Part shown: piece by piece, positions 1 to 7,365 of the stretch
Position numbering within the stretch: position 1 is the stretch's first letter
Layout: each line of letters begins with the position of its first letter
Assembly: GCA_964609935.1 (NCBI GenBank)
Contig: CAZSUQ010000001.1
Coordinates: 1 to 28,361 of the forward strand
Origin: an uncultured Thermodesulfobacteriota bacterium
Lineage (GTDB): Bacteria; Desulfobacterota; DSWW01
Length of the DNA: 28,361 bases
Direction: 5' to 3'
Position numbers and translations under genes: made by a program
The notes under the pieces: model-generated
Told to the model about the DNA's origin: nothing
What the model saw: the letters and a program-made list of their open reading frames with translations, nothing else
Database searches by the model: none

Positions 1-143
1 GAATCGGCTTCTTCCCAACAACACCCAGAACCTTTTTTCTTTCGGCATGCACATTCTGAAATGGGATTCCCGCAATTGGGACACATTTTCCCATGCTCGG
101 TTGAATATACGAGGGAGCTCTCTTTGTCATTCTTCTTCATCAT
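1..143 (-). CDS. Partial ORF running off the window edge; N-terminus resembles the Zn-ribbon-like N-terminus of bacterial Sui1/YciH
   Basis: My translation from ATG at 143 is MMKKNDKESSLVYSTEHGKMCPNCGNPISECACRKKKGSGCCWEEAD. LVYSTE-G-CPxCG-P-CxC-KKK matches my recollection of proteobacterial YciH N-termini. The SUI1 core is not visible and the ORF is absent from the supplied track. Confidence 0.45.
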   Translation of the reverse strand, partial: MMKKNDKESSLVYSTEHGKMCPNCGNPISECACRKKKGSGCCWEEAD

Positions 144-150
144 GGAGTAC

Positions 151-336
151 TCAGGACACCACCGATTTTGTCACTTCTTTTCGAAGATGGTCGAGCTCTT
201 CGTCTGTAAAGTCAAAACCTTCGTATTCCAGGATCCGTGCTCTCACTTCCGGGGATTCCGCTTCGGCAATGCGTCTTCGAAATTCCGGGTCCGTCTTCAT
301 CCTTTCAACAAATGTTTTTGCACTTTCGATCGACAT
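151..336 (-). CDS. Nif11-like leader-peptide family small protein (61 aa)
   Basis: MSIESAKTFVERMKTDPEFRRRIAEAES...EGFDFTDEEL is the typical Nif11/N11P leader pattern. GAGGA lies 7 nt before ATG 336, so the start is placed there rather than at 387. Confidence 0.8.
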   Translation of the reverse strand: MSIESAKTFVERMKTDPEFRRRIAEAESPEVRARILEYEGFDFTDEELDHLRKEVTKSVVS

Positions 337-402
337 GGCTGGATCCTCGGGTACGTTTGGATTCTGATCTCGCGCTCTGACACGCACATCTTTTGGAATC
401 TC

Positions 403-450
403 AAAAAAAAATCCCGTGCCGCCCTGGGAATTGAGGAGACAGCACGGGAT
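403..450 (-). terminator. Probable intrinsic terminator downstream of the csp gene
   Basis: 9-bp inverted repeat ATCCCGTGC (411-419) / GCACGGGAT (442-450), followed on the minus strand by a T-run (A-run 403-411). The 22-nt loop is unusually large. Confidence 0.55.
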
Positions 451-469
451 GAATCATCGAGCGACTTCT

Positions 470-679
470 CTAGATAACGGTCACGTTGCTTGCAGCGGGT
501 CCTTTCTGTCCCTGTGTAACCACGAATTCCACGCGGTCACCTTCATTCAGGGTTTTGAACCCGTCTCCGGCGATTTCATTGAAGTGCACAAAAACGTCGC
601 CATCCCCCGATTCGCGAGAGATGAATCCGTAACCTTTGCTGCTGTTGAACCATTTTACGGTTCCTTTTTCTTTCTCCAT
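470..679 (-). CDS. csp: Cold-shock protein, CspA family (69 aa)
   Basis: GTVKWFN, RNP1 KGYGFI, RNP2 VFVHF and [10 protein letters not shown] motifs. AGGAGG precedes ATG 679. Confidence 0.97.
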   Translation of the reverse strand: MEKEKGTVKWFNSSKGYGFISRESGDGDVFVHFNEIAGDGFKTLNEGDRVEFVVTQGQKGPAASNVTVI

Positions 680-742
680 TTTAAGAGAACCTCCTTCTGG
701 TGATTGAATGTTTCCTCTGGAAGTTCCGCTTTTTTCCCACAT

Positions 743-776
743 AAAAAAACCGCCCAGACAGGTAAATCTGAGCGGT
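743..776 (-). terminator. Terminator-like hairpin inside the predicted csp 5' leader
   Basis: Minus strand reads ACCGCTCAGA-TTTACCTG-TCTGGGCGGT-TTTTTT: a 10-bp stem with one G.U pair, an 8-nt loop and a U-tract. Confidence 0.65.
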
Positions 777-822
777 GAAGCTTACGCCTTTAAAAAACAG
801 AACTTACCATACTTGAAATTAT

Positions 823-852
823 ATTATATGATAATTATTTCAAATTTGTCAA
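823..852 (-). promoter_or_regulatory. Consensus sigma70 promoter directed at csp
   Basis: Minus strand TTGACA (852-847), 18-nt spacer, TATAAT (828-823) in an AT-rich intergenic region. Predicted start site is about 816. Confidence 0.75.
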
Positions 853-879
853 ATGAAGGTTTTAAGGGGGAAGCAAACG

Positions 880-2217
880 ATGGCCGAAAACGGGAAGATT
901 ACGCGGGAAGACATCCATCTCAAGGCAAGGGTGCTGTCCGAAGGCGTAAGGGTGAAAGGCCTGGAGATGCCGCCCTTCAAGGATCTGGCCGACGGCGGCC
1001 ACATCCCCATGCCGGACAAGCTGAACGTGGATGACGTGGAGGAGATCCTGGGGTACTACGCGGATGCGGCTCTCAACGAAGCCAACATGGCCAATTCGCG
1101 CTTCGGCACCCCGTTCAGGTTAGACGGCTGCGGTCTGCAGGTGGCGGTGATTCCCAACCCGTACTCGAGGCTGGATCTCGTGGTTGAGGACGACCGAGTG
1201 ACCCTGATGGACGGGGGGGAGATGCTGGCAACGGGAACGATCCCCGAGCGGCCGGCATGGCAGGATGAGAAGCTCTCCAACGGGATGCCGATCATGGCGG
1301 TCATGCCCCAGGCCACCGCGGGGATCATCAATATCGTGTACAGCCTCTCCTGCATGAACTACAACACGGGCCGGGGATGCCGCTACTGCAACCTGTTCTC
1401 CAATCCCGTGTCCCGGAAGATCGTGATGCTGCCAAAGGAGACGCTGCGGGCCTGGGCCCGCTACCAGGCAGAGGGGATCAGGATCGCCACGGACAGCGGG
1501 TGGAGAGGGACGCTGGCCGTGAGCGGCGGGGCGCTGCCGCCGGCGCACCGGGGCGAGTATCTTGAGAGACTGGAAATCGTGATGAACGAGATCCGGAAGA
1601 TCATCGACGAGAAGACCTTCGGAGAGCTCAGAAAGATCTACAACCACTTCCCGCCCGAGGACTTCAACGACATGCACGTGTGGAAGGATCTCGGCATCGA
1701 CAGCACGAGCATCGATCTCGAGGTGATGGACGATGCATACTTTGCAGCCATCTGCCCGGGAAAGAACGCGTACAAGCCTCTTCCCTACTGGAAGGAGGCC
1801 CAGGAGGCCTCGGTGGAGGTGTTCGGTCCGTACGTGAACTCCACGGGGTGTGTGGTCACGGGAATCGAGCCCATGTCCACGTTGCTGAAGGGGTTCGACG
1901 AAAGGCTGTCAAAGGGGGTTGGGCCCTTGCCGCTCATCTTCGGGCCTGCACCCGGGTCGGACTACAGGGGTTTCCGGCCCCCCAATGCGGACTGGTTTCT
2001 GGAGGTCACGGAAAGGATGGGGGACCTGTTCATGAACCACGGTCCCAAGGTGCTCAAAGCCGTGGTTCAGGCAGGGGGAGGCACCACGTTGAACAGCCCC
2101 CAGTCCATGATGAGGTCCAGTCCCATATCCCTGATCTTCGACGAGGTGCAGCGCAGGTTGCAAAACCTGACGAACGGGGCGGTTGGTCCACCATCGAAAG
2201 AGGAGGCAGGCACATGA
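880..2217 (+). CDS. Radical SAM protein with a CX8CX2C motif (biotin-synthase-related / COG2516-like)
   Basis: CMNYNTGRGCRYC at 1351-1389, then VSGG, SIDLEV...ICPGK and GIEP, typical of this radical SAM group. AAGGGGG precedes ATG 880. Confidence 0.85.
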   Translation: MAENGKITREDIHLKARVLSEGVRVKGLEMPPFKDLADGGHIPMPDKLNVDDVEEILGYYADAALNEANMANSRFGTPFRLDGCGLQVAVIPNPYSRLDLVVEDDRVTLMDGGEMLATGTIPERPAWQDEKLSNGMPIMAVMPQATAGIINIVYSLSCMNYNTGRGCRYCNLFSNPVSRKIVMLPKETLRAWARYQAEGIRIATDSGWRGTLAVSGGALPPAHRGEYLERLEIVMNEIRKIIDEKTFGELRKIYNHFPPEDFNDMHVWKDLGIDSTSIDLEVMDDAYFAAICPGKNAYKPLPYWKEAQEASVEVFGPYVNSTGCVVTGIEPMSTLLKGFDERLSKGVGPLPLIFGPAPGSDYRGFRPPNADWFLEVTERMGDLFMNHGPKVLKAVVQAGGGTTLNSPQSMMRSSPISLIFDEVQRRLQNLTNGAVGPPSKEEAGT

Positions 2218-3212
2218 ACCCGTTGCACAGGCAGTGGTTGGTGAGCGTCAGCGTATGCGCGGTCTGCCTCCTGGCCTGCGACGGCAATACAACCCCACCC
2301 CCGTTTTCCACGATGCTTTCGTCACCACAGAGCCTGGCCACGCTCAACGCGGGCACACACCCCTTGCTGGATCTCATAGAACCATCACCTGTGAGGGACG
2401 TGTGCGATACCTGGTATGGGAACGATCTCTGCACCATGGATGCCGAGGAGCTAGTGAAGGAGGCCATCGCATCGGAGATGCCGGATATCATCCTGTTTCA
2501 GGAGATCTGGGATCAGACACTCTGTGACGGTCCGGCAGGACAATCACCGCCGGCAGACCCGCCGTTTGTCTGCAGTGCGGGGGACGCTCACCAACTGGTC
2601 AGGGTGCTGCCCGAAGACTACGATTTTGCCTGTGGAACGGACAAGCCCGGCAGCAGGGATGCCCTCAGTTGTATTGCCTTCAAGCGTGCGGTCTTCACGC
2701 CTCAAGGACCGCAGGGTGTGGATTCAGGATGCACGAATCGTGATTGTTCCAGTTTGCTGGAGATTCTGGAGACCGAGTGTGATTCGGAGTGGGGCAAGAT
2801 CATCCTGCTTCGAGGACGGACAGGATCCGGCCCCGTGGTTCTGGTGAGCGTCCATCTCTTCCTGGACTTTTCGTTGAGCGCCCTGATGTGCCAGGCGGAG
2901 CAGGTTCGTCTCCTGAGCGATACCCTGGATGGCTTTTCGGGCGATACGCTGGTGATCGTTGGAGGGGACTTCAACCTCGATCTCAGGCTGCCCCTTCTGG
3001 GAGCCGCCGCCCTGGCGGAAATGCAGGCCGAGCAGGGCCTGGACCTCCTCGGCCGAACGGAGCCCACGAATCAGGTTATCCCCTGCCTGCGACTCGACAT
3101 GATCTTCACGCGCGAGTGGGAGGGGGCTGCGGACGCAACCTGTCAGGTGTCGTTCCTCAATCCGGATGAGGGGCCGCCCATGGTTGATCATGGACTGGTC
3201 ATGTGCCGGTAG
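2214..3212 (+). CDS. Endonuclease/exonuclease/phosphatase (EEP) family putative lipoprotein (332 aa)
   Basis: EEP motifs ATLN, ILFQEIW, GGDFN, LDMIF and MVDH. Signal peptide ends in LLAC. ATGA overlap with the radical SAM stop and a GAGGAGG RBS. Confidence 0.8.
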   Translation: MNPLHRQWLVSVSVCAVCLLACDGNTTPPPFSTMLSSPQSLATLNAGTHPLLDLIEPSPVRDVCDTWYGNDLCTMDAEELVKEAIASEMPDIILFQEIWDQTLCDGPAGQSPPADPPFVCSAGDAHQLVRVLPEDYDFACGTDKPGSRDALSCIAFKRAVFTPQGPQGVDSGCTNRDCSSLLEILETECDSEWGKIILLRGRTGSGPVVLVSVHLFLDFSLSALMCQAEQVRLLSDTLDGFSGDTLVIVGGDFNLDLRLPLLGAAALAEMQAEQGLDLLGRTEPTNQVIPCLRLDMIFTREWEGAADATCQVSFLNPDEGPPMVDHGLVMCR

Positions 3213-3276
3213 TCACCTGGTCGGGACATGGGTTGCTTTCCGATGGAGCCCGCATCATTGAAGCACCCCAGGAGAA

Positions 3277-4992
3277 TCAGCGGGGCTCCCATTTCCTTCC
3301 GGCCCAGATCTCGAAGCCGTCCACAGCGTTGGCCACGCCTACCAGGAGGCCCCACCGCGTGGACAGGAGGTTTCGGATCCCGTAGTTGTCATGCTCCCCG
3401 AAGCCCGTGTCGCTGACCTTGATCCAGTTGATACCGTCCCGGGTCCTCCACAGGTCAAAACCGGTGGGGCCCGCGATCAGGTCCACGAGCCAGGCGATCT
3501 CCGGAGGGATCTCTCCCCCGAAGAACTCGGCAATGGCATCCACGCCCATGCCGTTGAAATCGCAGGTTCCCACGTAGAACCACCGGTGGTGTTCACCCAT
3601 GTACCAGCTGTAGAAGTTCGAAGGTTGATCAAAGCCCGGTCCGATGCCCGACAGGGGCTCCACCGGGTCGGGCCCGATGACGCCCGCTTCCCGGGTCTTG
3701 CCCACTACCAGTTCCACATTGTCGTTTGCATCCAGGCGGATGATCTCGGTGCCCTGGATCGCCGCTCCGGTCCCAAAGAAGGGCGGATACGTGAACGTAC
3801 CGATGTAGACGTGATCCCTGAACGGCCGGATGGTCATGAATCCCATGCCGCTGTTGCCGAATCCCCCCTCCACCACGCGCGTCCAGTTCCCCGGCGCCGG
3901 GTCCGTTGTCTTCCAGCACTCCGGTCCTGTCTCGTTGTTGTTGGTGATGGCATAGAGGTGATCGTTGAAAACGGCGAGCTGCCAGATGGAATGGTTGTCC
4001 GGCGTGTCCATCTCGAAGATCTCGAATTGTGAGGTGGCATCCGGAACCGTGTCCCATTCGGCTGCAACCCACAGGGTGGTTCTGTCGTTGGTGAGGATCG
4101 ATCGGGTCTGTCCAGCGCCGGTGCCCGTAAGGATGCGAACCTGTCTTCCCACATGGGAGAAGGGCATCCACCGCCCGGTATCGTCCGTGAGGGTGTCTGT
4201 CGTGGCCAGGTCCACGGTTCCCGACGCATAAACACCGCTGTGAACACCGCCGCCGGAGCTCACGAATCCCGTGCTGTTGGCCTGTTCCCAGGCAGCGGGA
4301 TCGGTGGAGGGATCTGCCGAGCAGAAGATCATGCATGCGCTGTCCGAGGAGATGTAAAGCTTGTCCCGGAAGACCTGGGCCCCGCGGAAGCCGCCCTGTC
4401 CGGCCACGGCCCCCATTCCGGGGGGCGATGCCTTGTGGAAATGGTCGCCGTCCGTGGTCTTGTAGACATAAGCACCTTCAAGGCCGTTTCCTGTCAGGTA
4501 GAGGGCATCATCGAACACACGGGCTCCCCGGAACCCGCCCACCTGTTCATATGGTGGATCCCAGACGCGCTCCCAGGCCCACGTGCCCTTGCCCCTGTTG
4601 TATGTGCCGCGAAACACGTGGACCGGGCTGTTGGTGGCCTCGTAATAGGGCTCCCAGCTGGCGAGGTCCCTCGGGTCGCCCCACAGGTCGTTCCTGCACT
4701 GCCATCGTACCGGAGGGCGGTACGGGATGAGCGGGCAGAGCAGTTCGATCCATGCCATGAGAGGTGCCTGGATACACAGCGCGTTACCAAGGGTGCCCAC
4801 GTAGACCTCGGGCGTCCCGTCACCGTCGCCGTCGAACTGCTCCATGGCCCACGGATAACTGTTGAGGCGGTCGTCCACGCCTTCACCCGCGATCCTTGAA
4901 AAATCCTCTTCTTTCAGGCCGGTATTGCAGGCAAATCCCTGCAACAGGCAGAGGATGACCACAACCTGCTTCAAGAAAGCTCTCTTGTTCAT
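3277..4992 (-). CDS. Exported beta-propeller-type putative lipoprotein with an inserted ~70-aa module
   Basis: Signal peptide MNKRAF...QGFAC. Recurrent blade-like repeats GFRGARVFDDALYL, GFRGAQVFRDKLYI, SIWQLAVFNDHLYA, GFMTIRPFRDHVYIGT and FDLWRTRDG. GGAAGGA RBS precedes ATG 4992. The fold is inferred from the repeats. Confidence 0.7.
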   Translation of the reverse strand: MNKRAFLKQVVVILCLLQGFACNTGLKEEDFSRIAGEGVDDRLNSYPWAMEQFDGDGDGTPEVYVGTLGNALCIQAPLMAWIELLCPLIPYRPPVRWQCRNDLWGDPRDLASWEPYYEATNSPVHVFRGTYNRGKGTWAWERVWDPPYEQVGGFRGARVFDDALYLTGNGLEGAYVYKTTDGDHFHKASPPGMGAVAGQGGFRGAQVFRDKLYISSDSACMIFCSADPSTDPAAWEQANSTGFVSSGGGVHSGVYASGTVDLATTDTLTDDTGRWMPFSHVGRQVRILTGTGAGQTRSILTNDRTTLWVAAEWDTVPDATSQFEIFEMDTPDNHSIWQLAVFNDHLYAITNNNETGPECWKTTDPAPGNWTRVVEGGFGNSGMGFMTIRPFRDHVYIGTFTYPPFFGTGAAIQGTEIIRLDANDNVELVVGKTREAGVIGPDPVEPLSGIGPGFDQPSNFYSWYMGEHHRWFYVGTCDFNGMGVDAIAEFFGGEIPPEIAWLVDLIAGPTGFDLWRTRDGINWIKVSDTGFGEHDNYGIRNLLSTRWGLLVGVANAVDGFEIWAGRKWEPR

Positions 4993-5059
4993 GGTTGTCC
5001 TTCCCCCTGGTTGCACCTTATTTCAGAACCGGATGTTTCTACTTGACAGCCACGAAGAC

Positions 5060-5097
5060 GTATAGTAGATATATCTATACATGCAGTAAACACTGCA
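5060..5097. promoter_or_regulatory. Clustered palindromes, candidate operator(s)
   Basis: Perfect 12-bp palindrome TAGATATATCTA (5066-5077), overlapping GTATAG-N9-CTATAC (5060-5080), and TGCAGT-N4-ACTGCA (5082-5097). They lie between the divergent lipoprotein and tetR genes. Confidence 0.45.
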
Positions 5098-5112
5098 AAT
5101 AAGGTAATTTGT

Positions 5113-5141
5113 ACTTTACTCAATCTCCTCCAGGCTGTCAA
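5113..5141 (-). promoter_or_regulatory. sigma70-type promoter for the beta-propeller lipoprotein gene
   Basis: Minus strand TTGACA (5141-5136), 17-nt spacer, TAAAGT (5118-5113). Confidence 0.6.
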
Positions 5142-5258
5142 GGCAGAAGTTCCAGGAGTTTTACCCGCATATGCATGAAGTCTTCCACTGCTCTTGCGAT
5201 GAAATTTCGCGCAATATGCGGTCTGACTCATTGTCATTAGCGAATCGAGGCCGGCCCC

Positions 5259-5879
5259 ATGGAAACGGAAAATATCGTTCAGAAAACAAAGGACAAGCTG
5301 GTTGAGTACGAGAAGAGGCACCAGGGGATCCTGAAAGCCGCCATGCGGCTGTTCAATGCCAACGGCTATGCTGCAACAACCACAGCGAGCATTGCCAGGG
5401 CCGCGGGCGTTACGGAAAAGACCATGTACAGGCATTTCCAAATCAAGCAGGCCCTGTTTACCGAGTGCGTGTTGTCCATCACGAATGACCTGATGGGGAT
5501 ATGGCAAAAGGAGCGGGAAAGGAACAGGGGTGACAGTCTTGCCTACCTGAAGGCCGTGGCAAGCGCCTATGTGCAATTCGTGATCAACAACCCGGACAAG
5601 TCCATGTTCCTTGTCCACCTGTACAGCTACAGGGGGATCCCTGGAATGGACGAGGGCTTCAGGAGTTTTGTGCAGGATCGCATCAACGAAACCGAAAGGG
5701 TCATTCTCTCTTTGAAGGAGAAGGGCGTGGTCAAGAGCGACCTCCACCCCCGCGTGCTCGCCGGGGTGTTCATCGGTCAGTATTTCACCAATGTCTTTTT
5801 GAATGAGTTCCTTGGACCCGAGCTTTTCAACCCCGATGTCGTCGTCGAGCTGACCAAGGGCCTTTTGCGGATCGATTGA
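5259..5879 (+). CDS. TetR/AcrR family transcriptional regulator
   Basis: N-terminal HTH ILKAAMRLFNANGYAATTTASIARAAGVTEKTMYRHF; 206 aa. Confidence 0.95.
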   Translation: METENIVQKTKDKLVEYEKRHQGILKAAMRLFNANGYAATTTASIARAAGVTEKTMYRHFQIKQALFTECVLSITNDLMGIWQKERERNRGDSLAYLKAVASAYVQFVINNPDKSMFLVHLYSYRGIPGMDEGFRSFVQDRINETERVILSLKEKGVVKSDLHPRVLAGVFIGQYFTNVFLNEFLGPELFNPDVVVELTKGLLRID

Positions 5880-5896
5880 CGGCTCCAGCCCGCAAC

Positions 5897-5938
5897 TTGC
5901 ATGAAAATTCGCCAATCGCAGTAAAAGGCTTCATGCAA
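5897..5938. promoter_or_regulatory. Inverted repeat between tetR and the arylsulfotransferase gene (operator or hairpin)
   Basis: TTGCATGAA (5897-5905) / TTCATGCAA (5930-5938). TGCATGAA also occurs at 5172-5179, upstream of tetR. Confidence 0.4.
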
Positions 5939-5972
5939 TAGGCAGGCTGGTCAGGCAAAGGAGGCTTTCATC

Positions 5973-7361
5973 ATGAACAGAAGGGCAGTGTCTTTGTTGA
6001 GCATCGTCATGTTTACGCTTGTTGCGCTCACCGGTTTCGGGTGCAGCCTGCCGGTTCCCGGCGTCAGCGTCTACAAGCCGGAGAAGTGCGACAACGGCTA
6101 CACCCTGTTGACCTCCTTTGGCGCTCACGAAAGCCCGCCCGGCTCGGGCATCTACCATGGGGCCCTTCTCATCGACATGGAGGCCAGGCTCATCAATGCG
6201 TGGGAGATCACGGGAATGCCGGCCAAGATGCTCCCGGGCGGCCATGTAATGGGGTACGACGCCTTCAGGGACGACGGCAGCGGTCATCAGGACTGCAATG
6301 CTTTGGTGGTTCAGGACTGGTTCGGAAACGAGGTGTGGAGGTGGGACCAGTGGGATGTGGATGATCATGGAAACACCATCAGCCGGGGGCATCATGACTT
6401 TCAGAGGGAAGGCAACCCGGTGGGCTATCCGGTTCCGGGCATGGATCCCCTTGTTCACAGCGGCAAGACCCTCATCCTGAGTCACGAGAACGTGGTCAGG
6501 CCGGACATCGCGCCGTGGATCATCGAGGACGATGTTCTCCTCGAGGTGGATTATGCAGGAAACATCCTCTGGGAATGGCATGCGGTTGATCACCTCGATG
6601 AGTTCGGTTTCACCAGTAAGGCCAGGGCAGCCCTGCAGAGCGTACAGGTGACGGTCCCTGAGATCATGGGCGGGGGAGCCGATGTCACGGACTGGCTGCA
6701 CGTCAACAGCGCGAGTTACCTGGGCCCCAACCGGTTCCATGACCAGGGGGACGCCCGCTTCCATCCGGACAACATCATCGTGGACGCACGCAGCGCCAAC
6801 ATCATCTGGATCATCGAAAGGGCCACAGGGGACATCGTGTGGAAGGTGGGGCCGGACTACGGCTTCTTCCATCCGGAGAGAAAACTCGGTCAGATCATCG
6901 GGCAGCACCACGCCCACATGATCCCCAGGGGGCTTCCCGGCGAGGGGAACATCCTGGTTTTCGACAACGGCGGAGGGGCAGGGTTCGGCAAGCGGCTGGG
7001 CAAGCCCGTGTTCCCGCACAAGTATCGATTCTATTCAAGGGTGATCGAATTCGACCCCACCGATCTCAGCATCGTGTGGGAGTACGAAAGGCAGGAGCCT
7101 GCTCCAGGAGAGTACTACATGTTTTACAGCTACTTCATCAGCGGTGCGCAGCGGCTCCTGAACGGGAACACGCTCATCACCGAGGGCTCCACCGGAAGGG
7201 TGTTCGAGGTCACCGCCTCAGGCGAACTCGTCTGGGAGTACGTCTCCATCTACCACGATCTGTCCTTTGACACGATGCCCGGTCTTCTGCGTTTCGAGAA
7301 CGACGTGTACCGTGCCTACCGGGTCCCTTACGACTCCATTCCCAGCGAGTACCTTCCCTGA
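5973..7361 (+). CDS. Arylsulfate sulfotransferase (ASST) family putative lipoprotein
   Basis: HHDFQREGNPVGY, DWLHVNS, DARS, GQHHAH, LVFDNG and FYSYFISGAQRLLNGNTLITEG. The ASST-type His/Asn/Arg/His catalytic set appears intact. Signal peptide ends in GFGC. Confidence 0.9.
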   Translation: MNRRAVSLLSIVMFTLVALTGFGCSLPVPGVSVYKPEKCDNGYTLLTSFGAHESPPGSGIYHGALLIDMEARLINAWEITGMPAKMLPGGHVMGYDAFRDDGSGHQDCNALVVQDWFGNEVWRWDQWDVDDHGNTISRGHHDFQREGNPVGYPVPGMDPLVHSGKTLILSHENVVRPDIAPWIIEDDVLLEVDYAGNILWEWHAVDHLDEFGFTSKARAALQSVQVTVPEIMGGGADVTDWLHVNSASYLGPNRFHDQGDARFHPDNIIVDARSANIIWIIERATGDIVWKVGPDYGFFHPERKLGQIIGQHHAHMIPRGLPGEGNILVFDNGGGAGFGKRLGKPVFPHKYRFYSRVIEFDPTDLSIVWEYERQEPAPGEYYMFYSYFISGAQRLLNGNTLITEGSTGRVFEVTASGELVWEYVSIYHDLSFDTMPGLLRFENDVYRAYRVPYDSIPSEYLP

Positions 7362-7365
7362 GGGG

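Noticed and set aside
120-153. Possible Sec read-through of the Nif11 TGA (VVS-U-VLHDEEE-stop)
   Set aside because: No convincing SECIS-like hairpin was seen, no Cys-equivalent position is known, and it overlaps the start of the next ORF.
1680-2213. 178-aa N-terminal extension of the EEP ORF
   Set aside because: It overlaps the radical SAM gene in another frame. ATG 2214 has a strong RBS, an ATGA overlap and a signal peptide.
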